Below are positions 51,475 through 62,010 of a stretch of DNA of 64,000 nucleotides, in pieces; the stretch's first letter is position 1, and each line of letters starts with the position of its first letter. This DNA comes from an uncultured Clostridia bacterium (lineage in GTDB: Bacteria > Bacillota > DTU014), in assembly GCA_900016865.1 (NCBI GenBank), contig FIZI01000006.1, positions 114,781 to 178,780 of the forward strand. Reading direction: 5' to 3'. The notes beneath the pieces were generated by a model. That model saw only the letters and a list, made by a program, of their open reading frames with translations. It was not told where the DNA came from and did no database searches. A program made the translations under genes and the position numbers.

Positions 51475-53184
51475 GTGTCTACTGAAATTGTGGTAAACTC
51501 CGAGAACCTGGAGACTAGAGCAGCCGTCCTGGAGGACGGCAAGTTGGTCGAAGTGCATTACGAACGCAACGTCTCCCGGCGGCTGGCCGGGAACATCTAC
51601 CTTGGCAAAGTCGTCAGAGTTCTCCCGGGAATGCAAGCTGCGTTTGTTGACATTGGCCTTGACAAGAACGCCTTCTTGTACATCGATGACATCAGTGAGT
51701 CTGCATGCGATTCCGGGGGCATTGGAGAAAGCGAAAGGTGCGGCAGCGACCGCATGAGGGCCAAGTCGATTTCCAGGCTCGTAGCCAGTGGACAGCAGCT
51801 GCTTGTGCAGGTTGCGAAGGAACCTACCGGCACCAAGGGAGCTCGTGTTACAACCAATGTCACCTTGCCAGGCAGATACATAGTATTGATGCCGACTGCC
51901 GACCATGTCGGGGTATCGAGAAGAATCGAGTCAGAGGATGAGAGAAGCCGCCTAAGGGGCATGGCTTTGAGCCTAGATCGCAGGGGAATGGGCATGATAG
52001 TCAGGACCGCTGCTGAAGGCGTGTCCGAGGAGGATCTCCAAGGCGATTTTGACTTTCTGGTAAGTGTATGGGAGAAAATCTGCAGCAAGAGCAAGAGGTC
52101 CGATGCTCCTGCACTCATGCACCGCGAGTATGACTTAGTCTACAGGCTCATCCGCGATTTCGTGGATGAGAGTGTCAACCGCTTGATTATCGACTCTGCA
52201 GATGAGTACCGCAGAGCTGTTGACCTGGTTTCTACGGTCATGCCGTGGTTTCGAGACAGGGTCCAACACTACTTAGGCAAGACTCCAATCCTGCAGCACT
52301 ACGGAGTGGAACCCCAACTGTCCAGGGCGTTCAGTCGAAAGGTATGGTTGGATTGCGGTGGATACATAGTGATTGATCCGACAGAGGCGCTCGTCAGTAT
52401 TGACGTGAACACCGGCAAGTTCACCGGAACCACCAGTCTTGCAGACACGGTGTTGAGAACCAACATGGAAGCGGCAGCTGAGATTGCCAGACAGCTGAGA
52501 TTGAGAAATCTGGGCGGAATCATAGTCATTGACTTCATTGATATGGAAAGACCGGAGGACAGAGAGAAGGTACTTGCCAGACTCAAAGAAGAGTTGGCCC
52601 GAGACCGGACTAGGACGAACGTCATCGGGTTTACCGGCCTGGGACTCGTCGAATTGACCAGGAAGAAGGTTCGCCAGAGTCTTGACGACCTTATGACAAA
52701 AGAGTGCCCTCTCTGTGACGGCAAAGGCCGGGTCCCGTCTGAAGCGACGACCGCGATTTCTGCAGAGCGAGAGATCGCCGCGGCCGCCAGAGTGAGCGAG
52801 GGGAAGCCATTGCTGGTGGAGGCGCATCCGTCTGTTGCCGCTTTGCTCATTGGTGTGGGTGGACAGAATCTGGAGCGGATGGAAAGGGATTTGGGCATAT
52901 CGCTGTATATCAAAGGACGGCCTGATGTCCGGATTGACAAAGTGATCATTACTCCTTTGGACGACGAAGCTCTGGCAGCTCAACTGGTCGCTCCGGTATC
53001 ACCGGGTCAGCAAGTCGATGTTGAGATCGAGAGCAGGCACATAGCGAACGAGAGCGACGGAATCGCTCGCGTGGACGGCTACGTCTTGGATGTCGATGGA
53101 GCCGGAGACAGAGTAGGGGACGTTGTCCGAGTCGAGGTCACCAAGGTCTTTAGGACATATGCGCGAGCGGTCATCGTGTCTTGA
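51475..53184 (+). CDS. rng: Rne/Rng ribonuclease with C-terminal TRAM domain
   Basis: GNIY.GKV..VLPGM.AAFVDIG, DVNTG, LRNLGGIIVIDFIDM, CPLC. Confidence 0.95.
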   Translation: MSTEIVVNSENLETRAAVLEDGKLVEVHYERNVSRRLAGNIYLGKVVRVLPGMQAAFVDIGLDKNAFLYIDDISESACDSGGIGESERCGSDRMRAKSISRLVASGQQLLVQVAKEPTGTKGARVTTNVTLPGRYIVLMPTADHVGVSRRIESEDERSRLRGMALSLDRRGMGMIVRTAAEGVSEEDLQGDFDFLVSVWEKICSKSKRSDAPALMHREYDLVYRLIRDFVDESVNRLIIDSADEYRRAVDLVSTVMPWFRDRVQHYLGKTPILQHYGVEPQLSRAFSRKVWLDCGGYIVIDPTEALVSIDVNTGKFTGTTSLADTVLRTNMEAAAEIARQLRLRNLGGIIVIDFIDMERPEDREKVLARLKEELARDRTRTNVIGFTGLGLVELTRKKVRQSLDDLMTKECPLCDGKGRVPSEATTAISAEREIAAAARVSEGKPLLVEAHPSVAALLIGVGGQNLERMERDLGISLYIKGRPDVRIDKVIITPLDDEALAAQLVAPVSPGQQVDVEIESRHIANESDGIARVDGYVLDVDGAGDRVGDVVRVEVTKVFRTYARAVIVS

Positions 53185-53210
53185 CAATGCTATGTAGTGC
53201 GTGGTAAACT
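53181..53210 (+). promoter_or_regulatory. SigA promoter of rplU-prp-rpmA
   Basis: TTGACA-18 bp-TAAACT. Confidence 0.75.
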
Positions 53211-53213
53211 CGC

Positions 53214-53305
53214 ATGGTGAGTTTGAGGACTGTTTGTTCTCTTTTCCAACCGCGCGGAACGGGCAGTTCAAGAGGGCAACGGCTCCGCCTTGTATCCGGC
53301 GAGTA
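53214..53305 (+). ncRNA. L21 leader-like element
   Basis: ACCGC...GGCGAGT motif pair in the rplU 5' UTR. Confidence 0.6.
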
Positions 53306-53324
53306 TGTTAAGAGAGGTGTGTTT

Positions 53325-53636
53325 ATGTACGCAGTCATTGAAACGGGCGGGAAGCAATACCGCGTGTCCAAGGGCGACGTGATTCGCGTCGAGAAGCTAG
53401 ATGCCGAAGTTGGAACGACTGTTGAGTTTGACAAAGTGTTGCTGGTTGCAGGCGAGGACTCTGTCAAAGTCGGCCGCCCGTATGTGGACAACGCGAGCGT
53501 TTCTGGAAAGGTCCTGCGCCAGGACAAGGCACGCAAGATCTTGGTATTCCGCTACAAGCCCAAGAAAAACGTTCGTGTGCGAAAGGGCCATCGTCAACCC
53601 TTTACAGAGGTAGAAATCACAGCGATAAATGCATAG
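53325..53636 (+). CDS. rplU: 50S ribosomal protein L21
   Basis: [12 protein letters not shown]...GHRQPFT. Confidence 0.99.
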   Translation: MYAVIETGGKQYRVSKGDVIRVEKLDAEVGTTVEFDKVLLVAGEDSVKVGRPYVDNASVSGKVLRQDKARKILVFRYKPKKNVRVRKGHRQPFTEVEITAINA

Positions 53637-53665
53637 CGCTCATTGAGCGATGGAGATGGTAGGCT

Positions 53666-54004
53666 GTGATTTCAGTGAAGATCTTGAGAAACAGTGCCTC
53701 AAGGATCGTCGGGTTTGAGGTGTCGGGGCACGCCAATTATGCCGAATATGGCCAAGACATAGTGTGTGCTGCAGTCTCGGCACTGTGTATTGCCATCGCA
53801 AACGGCTTGGAACGACATTGCCGCGCTCCTGTTAGCATAGAGACCTCTGATGGATACATGCGGGTTGTTTCCGAGCTGACAGAGCGCGGAGAGATTGATA
53901 ACTCGTCCGGGGTGTTGTATGATACTCTTGTGGATGCGCTGAGAGGGATTTCCGAGCAATACCCTGGCAGGATCAGCATAGTCACAGACTGTGTTAGCTC
54001 TTGA
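53666..54004 (+). CDS. prp: Ribosomal-processing cysteine protease Prp
   Basis: GHA...G.DIVCAAVS, located between rplU and rpmA. Confidence 0.95.
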   Translation: MISVKILRNSASRIVGFEVSGHANYAEYGQDIVCAAVSALCIAIANGLERHCRAPVSIETSDGYMRVVSELTERGEIDNSSGVLYDTLVDALRGISEQYPGRISIVTDCVSS

Positions 54005-54068
54005 CAGAGCTATAACCTAGTTCTCATAAGGCGTATATTTCTCGTCTTGCAATCGCTCGGAGAAGGGG

Positions 54069-54368
54069 GTGTTCCACTTGATTCGCTTTGACTTGCAGCT
54101 GTTTGCTCAGAAGAAGGGCGTTGGCAGCTCGAGAAATGGCCGTGACAGCGCGGCTAAGCGCCTGGGTGTCAAGCGTCACGCCGGTGAGTTTGTCAGAGCC
54201 GGCAGCATCATAGTGCGTCAGAGAGGGACCAAGATTCATCCAGGCCTGAACGTAGGAATCGGAAAGGACGATACGTTGTTCGCTAAGATAGATGGATACG
54301 TGGCGTTTGAACGCGTTGGCAAGGCTACCAAGCGCGCAAGCGTCTATCCAGGAAGGATCGCTGGCTGA
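54069..54368 (+). CDS. rpmA: 50S ribosomal protein L27 with Prp-cleaved N-extension
   Basis: [25 protein letters not shown]. Confidence 0.99.
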   Translation: MFHLIRFDLQLFAQKKGVGSSRNGRDSAAKRLGVKRHAGEFVRAGSIIVRQRGTKIHPGLNVGIGKDDTLFAKIDGYVAFERVGKATKRASVYPGRIAG

Positions 54369-54406
54369 TTCAGCTGATCCGGTTGATCTCAGTTGAACTT
54401 GCCGAG

Positions 54407-54432
54407 GCGCTGATCACCGTCAGCGCTTTTTT
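54407..54432 (+). terminator. Intrinsic terminator
   Basis: GCGCTGA/TCAGCGC stem plus T6. Confidence 0.8.
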
Positions 54433-54656
54433 CGTAGCATGTATGGCTTACAGCTGTCCAGCGGCGCCTTGGAAGATCAACAACGTAGGGTTGGGAGCGC
54501 TCCAGCCGGCTACAATAACTTCTGCCCGGACTTATTAGGCCATTGGCTCCGCTGACGGCTTTGTCGTTTGGAGCCCTAATGGCTGATCGCAGATTTATCG
54601 CATCTAGGAGTTATCCTTTGTAGTGATTCAGGGATGCAGTCAGGAGTAGATGCTTA

Positions 54657-55958
54657 GTGTTTATAGATTCTGTGAGGATTACAGTCAAAGCCGGCAGGGG
54701 TGGCGACGGCGCGATTAGCTTTCACCGTGAGAAATACGTCCCTAGAGGAGGTCCAGATGGCGGTGACGGTGGAAAAGGGGGAGATGTTGTCGTCGCTGTA
54801 GACCCGCAGATGTCTACTCTTGCAGCGTTGGCGCGCAGGAGACGGTATGTAGCTGAAAACGGGACTCCCGGCGCAGGAAACAGGCGCTTTGGGCGAGACG
54901 GTGAAGACCTGGTCATAAAGGTCCCAAAGGGGACAGTGATAAGAAACGCGGCAACTGGCGAGCTTATTGCCGATCTCCAAAATGAAGACGACTCGGTAGT
55001 GGTTGCCAGGGGCGGTGTGGGCGGCAAGGGCAATGCGAGGTTTGCCACTCCGACACGGCAAACTCCAAGGATCGCTGAAAAGGGCGAGCCTGGCGAGCAA
55101 CTTGAGATCGAATTGGAGCTGAAGCTCATATCGGATGTCGGTATAGTCGGTTTCCCGAATGCAGGGAAGTCTACCTTGATCTCTCGAGTGTCCGCTGCTA
55201 AGCCGAAGATAGCCGATTATCCATTCACCACGCTTGAACCCAATCTGGGCGTGGTCTCACTCGACAACGGAGAGTCATTCGTCCTCGCAGACATACCGGG
55301 ATTGATCGAGGGCGCTCACAAAGGAGCAGGTCTCGGACACACATTCCTGCGTCACATTGAGAGAACCAGGTTGCTCATACACCTGGTTGACGTCAGTCCA
55401 ACTTCTTTTCGAGATCCGATTGAGGACTACGAGAAGATCAACGAAGAGCTCCGCCTCTATAGTCCTGCTCTAGGCAGCAAGCCGCAGGTTGTCGCAGCCA
55501 ACAAGATGGACATCCCCGGTTCTGAAGAGGCGTTCGAACGACTTCGAAATCATCTTGCTGACAGCGGGGTTGAGTGCTATCCGATCTCAGCAGTGACCGG
55601 TCAAGGCGTACGCACTCTTCTCTATGCAGCGTTCAACAAACTGAAACAGCTGCCGCGGGAGGATGCGGAGGAGAGTTTCGTCAAACCGGGTCACATCGAG
55701 GTTGTTCATGGACGTACATATGACGAGATAGCCATACGGCGCGAGGATGGCATCTTTGTTGTCGAAGGTGGCGATTTGGAGAGAAGAGTAGCTTTGGTTG
55801 ATTTGCATAATCTCGATGCTCTGCGCTATGTCCACGCGATTTTGCGCAAGAGGGGAGTAATCGATGAACTGAGGGCAGCAGGAGTGAAGGACGGCGATAC
55901 TGTCCGGATTGGAGATACGGAGTTTGTATACTCTGATGAGGCGGAGTGGCAGGGGTGA
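54657..55958 (+). CDS. obgE: GTPase ObgE
   Basis: Gly-rich Obg fold, GFPNAGKS, YPFTT, DIPG, NKMD, OCT domain. Confidence 0.98.
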   Translation: MFIDSVRITVKAGRGGDGAISFHREKYVPRGGPDGGDGGKGGDVVVAVDPQMSTLAALARRRRYVAENGTPGAGNRRFGRDGEDLVIKVPKGTVIRNAATGELIADLQNEDDSVVVARGGVGGKGNARFATPTRQTPRIAEKGEPGEQLEIELELKLISDVGIVGFPNAGKSTLISRVSAAKPKIADYPFTTLEPNLGVVSLDNGESFVLADIPGLIEGAHKGAGLGHTFLRHIERTRLLIHLVDVSPTSFRDPIEDYEKINEELRLYSPALGSKPQVVAANKMDIPGSEEAFERLRNHLADSGVECYPISAVTGQGVRTLLYAAFNKLKQLPREDAEESFVKPGHIEVVHGRTYDEIAIRREDGIFVVEGGDLERRVALVDLHNLDALRYVHAILRKRGVIDELRAAGVKDGDTVRIGDTEFVYSDEAEWQG

Positions 55959-57091
55959 GACGAGTGGAGGCCGACTCAGGCAATGTGGACGTCAAACGTC
56001 TGGTTGTGAAGATTGGAACAAGTTCGCTCATGAATGACACTGGCGAACTCGCAATCAAGAGGATTAGAAGTATTTGTGCAGACATAACTGCAGTGGCAGC
56101 CGAAGGGATTGATGTGGCGCTGGTGACCTCCGGAGCTATCGGTCTTGGCAGAAAGCGGCTTCGTATGCAAAATCGGCCCAGAACCATTCCGGAGAAACAG
56201 GCAGCTGCCGCGGTTGGCCAGAGCGAGTTGGTTCAGGTATATGACCGGGTGTTTGCAGAGTTCGGGATTGTGGTTGGGCAGGTACTCGTCACTCGCGATG
56301 ACATGAAGGCGAGAGGGCGATACCTCAATCTCATCAATACGTTTCGCAAGCTGTTCGAATTCGGGGTCATCCCCATAGTCAATGAAAACGACACTGTAGC
56401 AGTCGAAGAACTGCGATTCGAGAACAACGATGTGCTCTCGGCTTTGGTCGCGTGTGCTATTGACGCTGATCTTCTCGTGCTATTGACTGACATTGACGGT
56501 TTTTATACAGCTGATCCTCATACGGATCAAAATGCCACGCGCTACAGTGTTGTGGACGAGCTGACTTTGGACATCCTCGAACAAGCTACAGGCCCTGCAA
56601 GCTCGTATGGAACCGGGGGTTTTCGCACGAAGCTGGAGGCTGCGAGGATCTGTATGTCTTCAGGGCTAGAAATGGTCATAGCGGGTGCAGACACTGAGAA
56701 TGTCATCAGTGGTGTTCTTTCTGGCTGGGAGATTGGGACGCGGTTTGTACCCAAACGTCACCACTTGACCGGAAGGAAAAGATGGTTTGCCTTCAACCTC
56801 CCGATTCAAGGCAAAGTCGTCGTAGACGACGGAGCCAAGGAGGCTGTCAAGTATAACGGTAAGAGCCTCCTGCCAAGCGGCATTACGAGTGTCAGCGGCG
56901 AGTTCTCACACGGAGACCTGGTCTCAATCTGCGGACTGGACGGCATAGAGTTTGCGCGCGGACTGGTGAACTACAGCAGCCGCGAGGTAGATTTGATCAA
57001 GGGAAGCAACAGTGCCGACATACAGGAAATACTGGGGTACAAGGACTACGATGTGGTAATACACAGGGACAACCTAGTGTGTCTTGCATGA
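55946..57091 (+). CDS. proB: Glutamate 5-kinase
   Basis: VVKIGTS, SGAI, NENDTV, PUA domain ending IHRDNL. Confidence 0.97.
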   Translation: MAGVRRVEADSGNVDVKRLVVKIGTSSLMNDTGELAIKRIRSICADITAVAAEGIDVALVTSGAIGLGRKRLRMQNRPRTIPEKQAAAAVGQSELVQVYDRVFAEFGIVVGQVLVTRDDMKARGRYLNLINTFRKLFEFGVIPIVNENDTVAVEELRFENNDVLSALVACAIDADLLVLLTDIDGFYTADPHTDQNATRYSVVDELTLDILEQATGPASSYGTGGFRTKLEAARICMSSGLEMVIAGADTENVISGVLSGWEIGTRFVPKRHHLTGRKRWFAFNLPIQGKVVVDDGAKEAVKYNGKSLLPSGITSVSGEFSHGDLVSICGLDGIEFARGLVNYSSREVDLIKGSNSADIQEILGYKDYDVVIHRDNLVCLA

Positions 57092-57117
57092 TGAATCCCT
57101 GATTCGAGGAGGGTGCC

Positions 57118-58395
57118 ATGTATACTTCAGATGTAGCCTGTGAGGTGAGGAAAAAGGCCGAGATGGCGAAGCGCGCAGCCAGGGCCTTGCGCAACCTGTC
57201 CAGAGACACAAAGGACGCAGCGTTGCGTGCGATGGCTCAAGCTCTCGAGGACAACGAGAACGCCATACTTGAGTCCAACAGCATCGACATGGCCAATGGG
57301 GAAAAGAAGGGACTCGGTGACGCACTCCTGGACCGGCTGAAGCTCAATCACGCACGCATAATGGCGATGGCCGAAGGGTTGCGGGAGCTTGCAAACCTGG
57401 AAGACCCGGTTGGAACTGTGTCAGAATTGACGCGCAGGCCGAATGGTCTTCTCGTAGGGAAGATGCGAGTCCCGCTCGGGGTGATCGGCTTTGTGTTCGA
57501 GTCGAGGCCCAACGTCACTGCGGACACTTCTGGGCTCTGTATCAAGTCCGGCAACGCCATAATCATGCGCGGTGGGTCCGAGGCGTACAACTCCAACAGA
57601 ATCCTGACCAAGCTGCTTGCTGATGCGGCGGTGTCCTGCGGCATACCTCAAGGCGCAATACAGTTGGTCGAATCAACGGATAGAGAGGGCGTCCGCGCTC
57701 TGGCGACTAGCGACGACCTGATTGATCTCATGATAGTGCGGGGCGGTGAACAGCTGGTGCGAGCCGTCAGCGAGTATGCAACTGTGCCCCTCATCAAGCA
57801 TGGGAAGGGCCTGTGCCACGTGTACTTGGACAAGGACGCGGATGTGGCCAAGGCCGTTGAGATTGCGTTCAACGCCAAGGTGGACAGACCGGGAGTGTGC
57901 AACGCAATGGAGACCTTGCTTGTGCACAAGGACATTGCACAAGCATGCCTGCCGCAGCTAGTCGCAAGACTCTGTGAATCCGGCGTAGAGCTTGTCGGAT
58001 GTCCTCGCACGGTGGACTTGCTTAAGGACCATTGCGACATAAAGCTTGCGAACGACTCTGACTGGGATGCCGAGTACTTAGCCTTAAAGCTTTCTATCAA
58101 GATTGTCGACAGCTATGAAGAAGCGGTTGATCATATATGCTCATATGGGTCCGGCCACACTGAGGCGATAGTGACAGAAAACCATTCATTGGCCATGCAG
58201 TTTCTTGATGACGTCGACGCTTCGGTTGTGCTCGTGAACGCTTCAACACGGTTCAACGATGGGTTCCAGTTGGGGCTAGGCGCAGAACTGGGTATTAGCA
58301 CCCAGAAATTGCATGCAAGGGGCCCTATGGGATTGAAAGAGCTGACGTGCGAGAAATTCGTTGTATTGGGGCAGGGTCAAGTAAGAGAGGCCTAG
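57118..58395 (+). CDS. proA: Gamma-glutamyl phosphate reductase
   Basis: ESRPNVT, CNAMETLL, NASTRF, STQKLHARGP. Confidence 0.97.
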   Translation: MYTSDVACEVRKKAEMAKRAARALRNLSRDTKDAALRAMAQALEDNENAILESNSIDMANGEKKGLGDALLDRLKLNHARIMAMAEGLRELANLEDPVGTVSELTRRPNGLLVGKMRVPLGVIGFVFESRPNVTADTSGLCIKSGNAIIMRGGSEAYNSNRILTKLLADAAVSCGIPQGAIQLVESTDREGVRALATSDDLIDLMIVRGGEQLVRAVSEYATVPLIKHGKGLCHVYLDKDADVAKAVEIAFNAKVDRPGVCNAMETLLVHKDIAQACLPQLVARLCESGVELVGCPRTVDLLKDHCDIKLANDSDWDAEYLALKLSIKIVDSYEEAVDHICSYGSGHTEAIVTENHSLAMQFLDDVDASVVLVNASTRFNDGFQLGLGAELGISTQKLHARGPMGLKELTCEKFVVLGQGQVREA

Positions 58396-59031
58396 ATGAC
58401 CATGAGTGAACCAGAGAGAGTCGAGCGACTGGGGCTGATGGGGGGCACATTTGATCCGATCCATTATGGACACCTCGTAGCCGCAGAAGCGGCTCGAGTG
58501 GATTTTGGGTTGGATAGAGTCATATTCGTCCCATCCGGCCATCCGCCTCACAAGACTGGTAAGTCGATAACTAGTGGGTGGGACCGGTTTGTCATGACTA
58601 TGATGGCAGTGTCGGACAACCCTTATTTTGATGTATCAGACATTGAGATCAAGAGAGAGGGGCTGTCCTTTGCCATCGACACGGTTCGCGAGTTCAAGTA
58701 CACTCTAGAGGTCGGCTCGGAGATCTACTTCATCACAGGGGCAGACGCGTGCCTGGAGATTTTCAGCTGGAAGGACTCGAAGCAGCTGCTCTCAGAGTGC
58801 AAAGTGATCGCCGCTACCAGGCCTGGTATTTCGCGAGCCCATCTGAGGGAAGAGATAGCTAGGCTCTACCCCGATTTCGCAGACCGCTTTTTTGTACTTG
58901 AGGTCCCGGCACTCGCAATATCGTCGACCGACATCCGAACACGCGTAGGAGAGGGGAGGTCCATACGATACCTCCTTCCCGAGTCTGTAAGGCAGTACAT
59001 AAAAAGGCGGAGGCTGTATCGCAGTGGTTGA
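58396..59031 (+). CDS. nadD: Nicotinate-nucleotide adenylyltransferase
   Basis: GGTFDPIHYGH, ITGAD, ISSTDIR. Confidence 0.97.
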   Translation: MTMSEPERVERLGLMGGTFDPIHYGHLVAAEAARVDFGLDRVIFVPSGHPPHKTGKSITSGWDRFVMTMMAVSDNPYFDVSDIEIKREGLSFAIDTVREFKYTLEVGSEIYFITGADACLEIFSWKDSKQLLSECKVIAATRPGISRAHLREEIARLYPDFADRFFVLEVPALAISSTDIRTRVGEGRSIRYLLPESVRQYIKRRRLYRSG

Positions 59032-59668
59032 TCTGGACATCCTGTTGGCCGGGTCGTACAATATCAGTAGGGGCAATCTGCGAAAGCAGGTTGATGAGGA
59101 GACGATCCTGCACAAGTTGTCGGAGCTCCTCGATGCGGACAAGTTGACGCACTCTCTCGGGGTGCGCGACGAGTGTGTCGCTTTGGCCGTTCGATACGGA
59201 GCAGATGTCGAGAAGGCCAGATTAGCCGGTCTGGTGCACGACTGCGCCAGGGGTCTGGACAACGACCAGTTGCTGAGGCTCGCTACTCGGTACAAGATCG
59301 ACGTCAGCAACTGGGAAGATTTTGACCTGTCACTCATGCATGGACCCGTCGGCGCGTGCCTGGCTCGGGAGCTGTTTGGCATATCTGATGAAGAGATTCT
59401 GCACGCGGTGGCTGTGCACACTGTAGGCTGCAAAGACATGGGTTTGCTTGATCTCGTGTTATTTGTGGCGGATTACATAGAACCCAATCGCACGTTCGAA
59501 GGAGTAGAAGATATTAGGACTGCTGCAGAGCAATCTTTGGAGTCGGCTGCTGTCACGGGATACGCTGCTACATTGCGGCACCTGTTGGAAACAAATAGAC
59601 TCATTCACCCAAGTACCATCCACTCCAGGAATAGCCTGTTGGCGAAGCTGTTGAAGTCTGAGGCGTGA
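59024..59668 (+). CDS. yqeK: HD-domain Ap4A hydrolase YqeK
   Basis: HSLGV, HD, HG..GA, HT.G, ADYIEP.R; follows nadD. Confidence 0.92.
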   Translation: MVDLDILLAGSYNISRGNLRKQVDEETILHKLSELLDADKLTHSLGVRDECVALAVRYGADVEKARLAGLVHDCARGLDNDQLLRLATRYKIDVSNWEDFDLSLMHGPVGACLARELFGISDEEILHAVAVHTVGCKDMGLLDLVLFVADYIEPNRTFEGVEDIRTAAEQSLESAAVTGYAATLRHLLETNRLIHPSTIHSRNSLLAKLLKSEA

Positions 59669-59679
59669 GCCGATAAGGA

Positions 59680-60660
59680 GTGAGCGATTTGGCAGAGGTG
59701 AAGAGAAGACCGTTTAGGGTTGCATTGGTTGCTCTGGTGGCAGCCATAGTTCTCGGCACCGGAATATACTTTCAGTTTTTCCGAGAGGGCGAACCTGATC
59801 AGCAGGTGATGTCTCCGCAGTTGCGGTTGACAGGTCCGGATGATGCGGCTTTAGGGTTAACTCCTACTGCTGAAACTGGGTCGGACGACGGAATGGTTGG
59901 CACCGACAAGCCTAGCGAGCCCCTGGGCGCCTCTGGAAGCGCACCGTTGGTCGTGGTATTTGGGATTGAGCGCTTTGGTGAGACGTCTCGGCCGGATGCA
60001 GTAGCTGTGATTGGAGTTGACGAGCAGACAGGCTGCCCGATAGTAGTAGCTCTTCGGCCGGATCAAGAACTCGGCGACGACAGAACTATTGCATCAGCCT
60101 ACGAGCGTTTAGGGCCCCTGCCAGTCACTAAGTCTATCGGGTCATTACTATCGCTTCCCCTGGCTCACTACATCACTCTAGACTATCAGGTTTTCGAGTC
60201 GATGATTGACAAGCTCGGTGGCGTTCAAGTCGCTGTGGATGAGGCTTTTGCTGCTACCAGCGCGGACGGGTCTCGAGTTACACTCAAGCCCGGGAATCAG
60301 AACCTAAACGGTAAGCAGGCGCTTGCTTACATAAGGTACAAGTGGGCGGGCGACGAAACGGCACGGATGCAGAGGCATGCTGCCTTTCTCCAAGCGCTGA
60401 GATCGCGACTGTCTCAGAGGAATATTGTCGTCATGCTGCCATCGCTGATTCGCGACGTTTTTGCCTTGGTCGAGACTAACGTCACGTTGACGGCTGCACT
60501 GTCAATCGCTGAGCAGATGCGCTGGTCCGAGATGAGCAACTATAGGCTGATTGTAGTCGCAGACGGAGTCTCCGGCAGTGACGACTTCGTCGTATTTGGC
60601 AATCCCGCGGAGTTTGTAGCATCCGGTATACGATTTGCGGGTGTCGATCAGGCTCTGTAA
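59680..60660 (+). CDS. LCP (LytR-CpsA-Psr) family protein, divergent
   Basis: N-terminal TM segment, IDKLGGV, LNGKQALAYIR, R..R; canonical position after yqeK. Confidence 0.8.
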   Translation: MSDLAEVKRRPFRVALVALVAAIVLGTGIYFQFFREGEPDQQVMSPQLRLTGPDDAALGLTPTAETGSDDGMVGTDKPSEPLGASGSAPLVVVFGIERFGETSRPDAVAVIGVDEQTGCPIVVALRPDQELGDDRTIASAYERLGPLPVTKSIGSLLSLPLAHYITLDYQVFESMIDKLGGVQVAVDEAFAATSADGSRVTLKPGNQNLNGKQALAYIRYKWAGDETARMQRHAAFLQALRSRLSQRNIVVMLPSLIRDVFALVETNVTLTAALSIAEQMRWSEMSNYRLIVVADGVSGSDDFVVFGNPAEFVASGIRFAGVDQAL

Positions 60661-60713
60661 TGGCGGGTAGCAGCACCTGATGTTAATGACGGCGCGCCTA
60701 GTACACTGCTGGT

Positions 60714-61133
60714 ATGGGGGTTGGTCTGTTGTCAACGGAAACTAACAGCTATGTGAGTTCTATCGTAGAGAGGCTTCTTGACAGGAAGGCTGAGGACATA
60801 GTCATTCTTGATATCAGCGAGGTATCGTTGATTGCCGACTGCTTCATTGTGTGCACGTGTAGGAGCAATCCTCATCTGAAGACAGTAGATGAGGCGTTGG
60901 ATGAGGAAGCAGCGGAATTGGGTGTGTCTTGGCACAAAAAGGAGGGCACTCCCGAAGCTGGATGGATCTTACACGACTTTTCCTCTGTAATAGTCCACCT
61001 GTTTCTTTCTGAACAGCGGGAGTACTACAGTCTAGAACGTCTGTGGAGGGATGCCAGGCAAGTTCCTGTGGAGTCGCTGCTGCCACGCAGGGACTCACAG
61101 CTTGTCGAGGACGGTGGACGAATCTCAGAATAG
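60714..61133 (+). CDS. rsfS: Ribosome silencing factor
   Basis: KAEDI..LD, AD.FI, WIL.D...VIVHLF...REYYSLERLW. Confidence 0.95.
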   Translation: MGVGLLSTETNSYVSSIVERLLDRKAEDIVILDISEVSLIADCFIVCTCRSNPHLKTVDEALDEEAAELGVSWHKKEGTPEAGWILHDFSSVIVHLFLSEQREYYSLERLWRDARQVPVESLLPRRDSQLVEDGGRISE

Positions 61134-61178
61134 GGCAGGGGCTGACCTCATAGGATCAAGTGAATAGACTGTCGCTTA

Positions 61179-61928
61179 ATGGAGAGACGTCGCGTGCGGA
61201 TGATGATGGCAACTGCCGTCCTCGGGCTCATCGCCGGAGTCGGAGGGACTACGCTTGGCGGATTGCTTGTAGTGTGGCTGGGACGAGTTGCTGACAGGTA
61301 TCTTTCTCCTCTGCTTGCCTTTGCCGCGGGTGTGATGCTGTCGCTAGTTGTATTTGACATGATGCCATCGGCTCTCAGCGCCTCCGGCCCTGTACACACA
61401 TGCATCGGTGCAGGAATCGGTTTTGTTGCTATCTATGTGTCCGAGAAGGTCGTTCGAGTCTTGGAGCGCCGCATGCTTGGTAGCCAAGATACACTGGTCT
61501 CGATTGGGTTGACGGTCGGAGCTGCGATTGGACTGCACAACTTCGCAGAGGGCCTTGCAATAGGCGCAGGCCTGGTGATAATGGTCGAGCTCGGCATTAC
61601 CGTTGCGGTACTCATCACAATACACAACATCCCTGAAGGCATGGCCATGGCAGTTCCCTTCAAGCTAAGGGGCATGAGATCAGTTACAATACTCCTGCTC
61701 ACTACGCTAGCGGGTTTGCCGATGGGTGCTGGTGCTTTGATCGGCTACTTCGGCAGCGTCTCCCGAGCATTTCTGGGGTTCAGCTTAGCGTTTTCTTTGG
61801 GTGCCATGGTCTATGTGAGTGTTATTGATCTGATTCCTTCATCTGTGCGTCTATCCTCCAGGTCCGAAGCGCTTATCGGACTCTTGGGCGGAGTCTTGTT
61901 GGGCTTCTTGGCTGTTTGGGCGATATGA
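61179..61928 (+). CDS. ZIP family metal transporter
   Basis: HNFAEG and HNIPEG motifs; multi-TM. Confidence 0.93.
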   Translation: MERRRVRMMMATAVLGLIAGVGGTTLGGLLVVWLGRVADRYLSPLLAFAAGVMLSLVVFDMMPSALSASGPVHTCIGAGIGFVAIYVSEKVVRVLERRMLGSQDTLVSIGLTVGAAIGLHNFAEGLAIGAGLVIMVELGITVAVLITIHNIPEGMAMAVPFKLRGMRSVTILLLTTLAGLPMGAGALIGYFGSVSRAFLGFSLAFSLGAMVYVSVIDLIPSSVRLSSRSEALIGLLGGVLLGFLAVWAI

Positions 61929-62010
61929 CCGTGAGTTGCGACAGGGCGCCTTAGAGACCAGTCCTGGGCGGGCTTCCTCCGAGTCTGCCTGTCTTCTTGC
62001 TCATACCATC

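Noticed and set aside
54069-54104. Unusual N-terminal extension on L27
   Set aside because: This is the known Firmicute pro-peptide removed by the adjacent Prp protease
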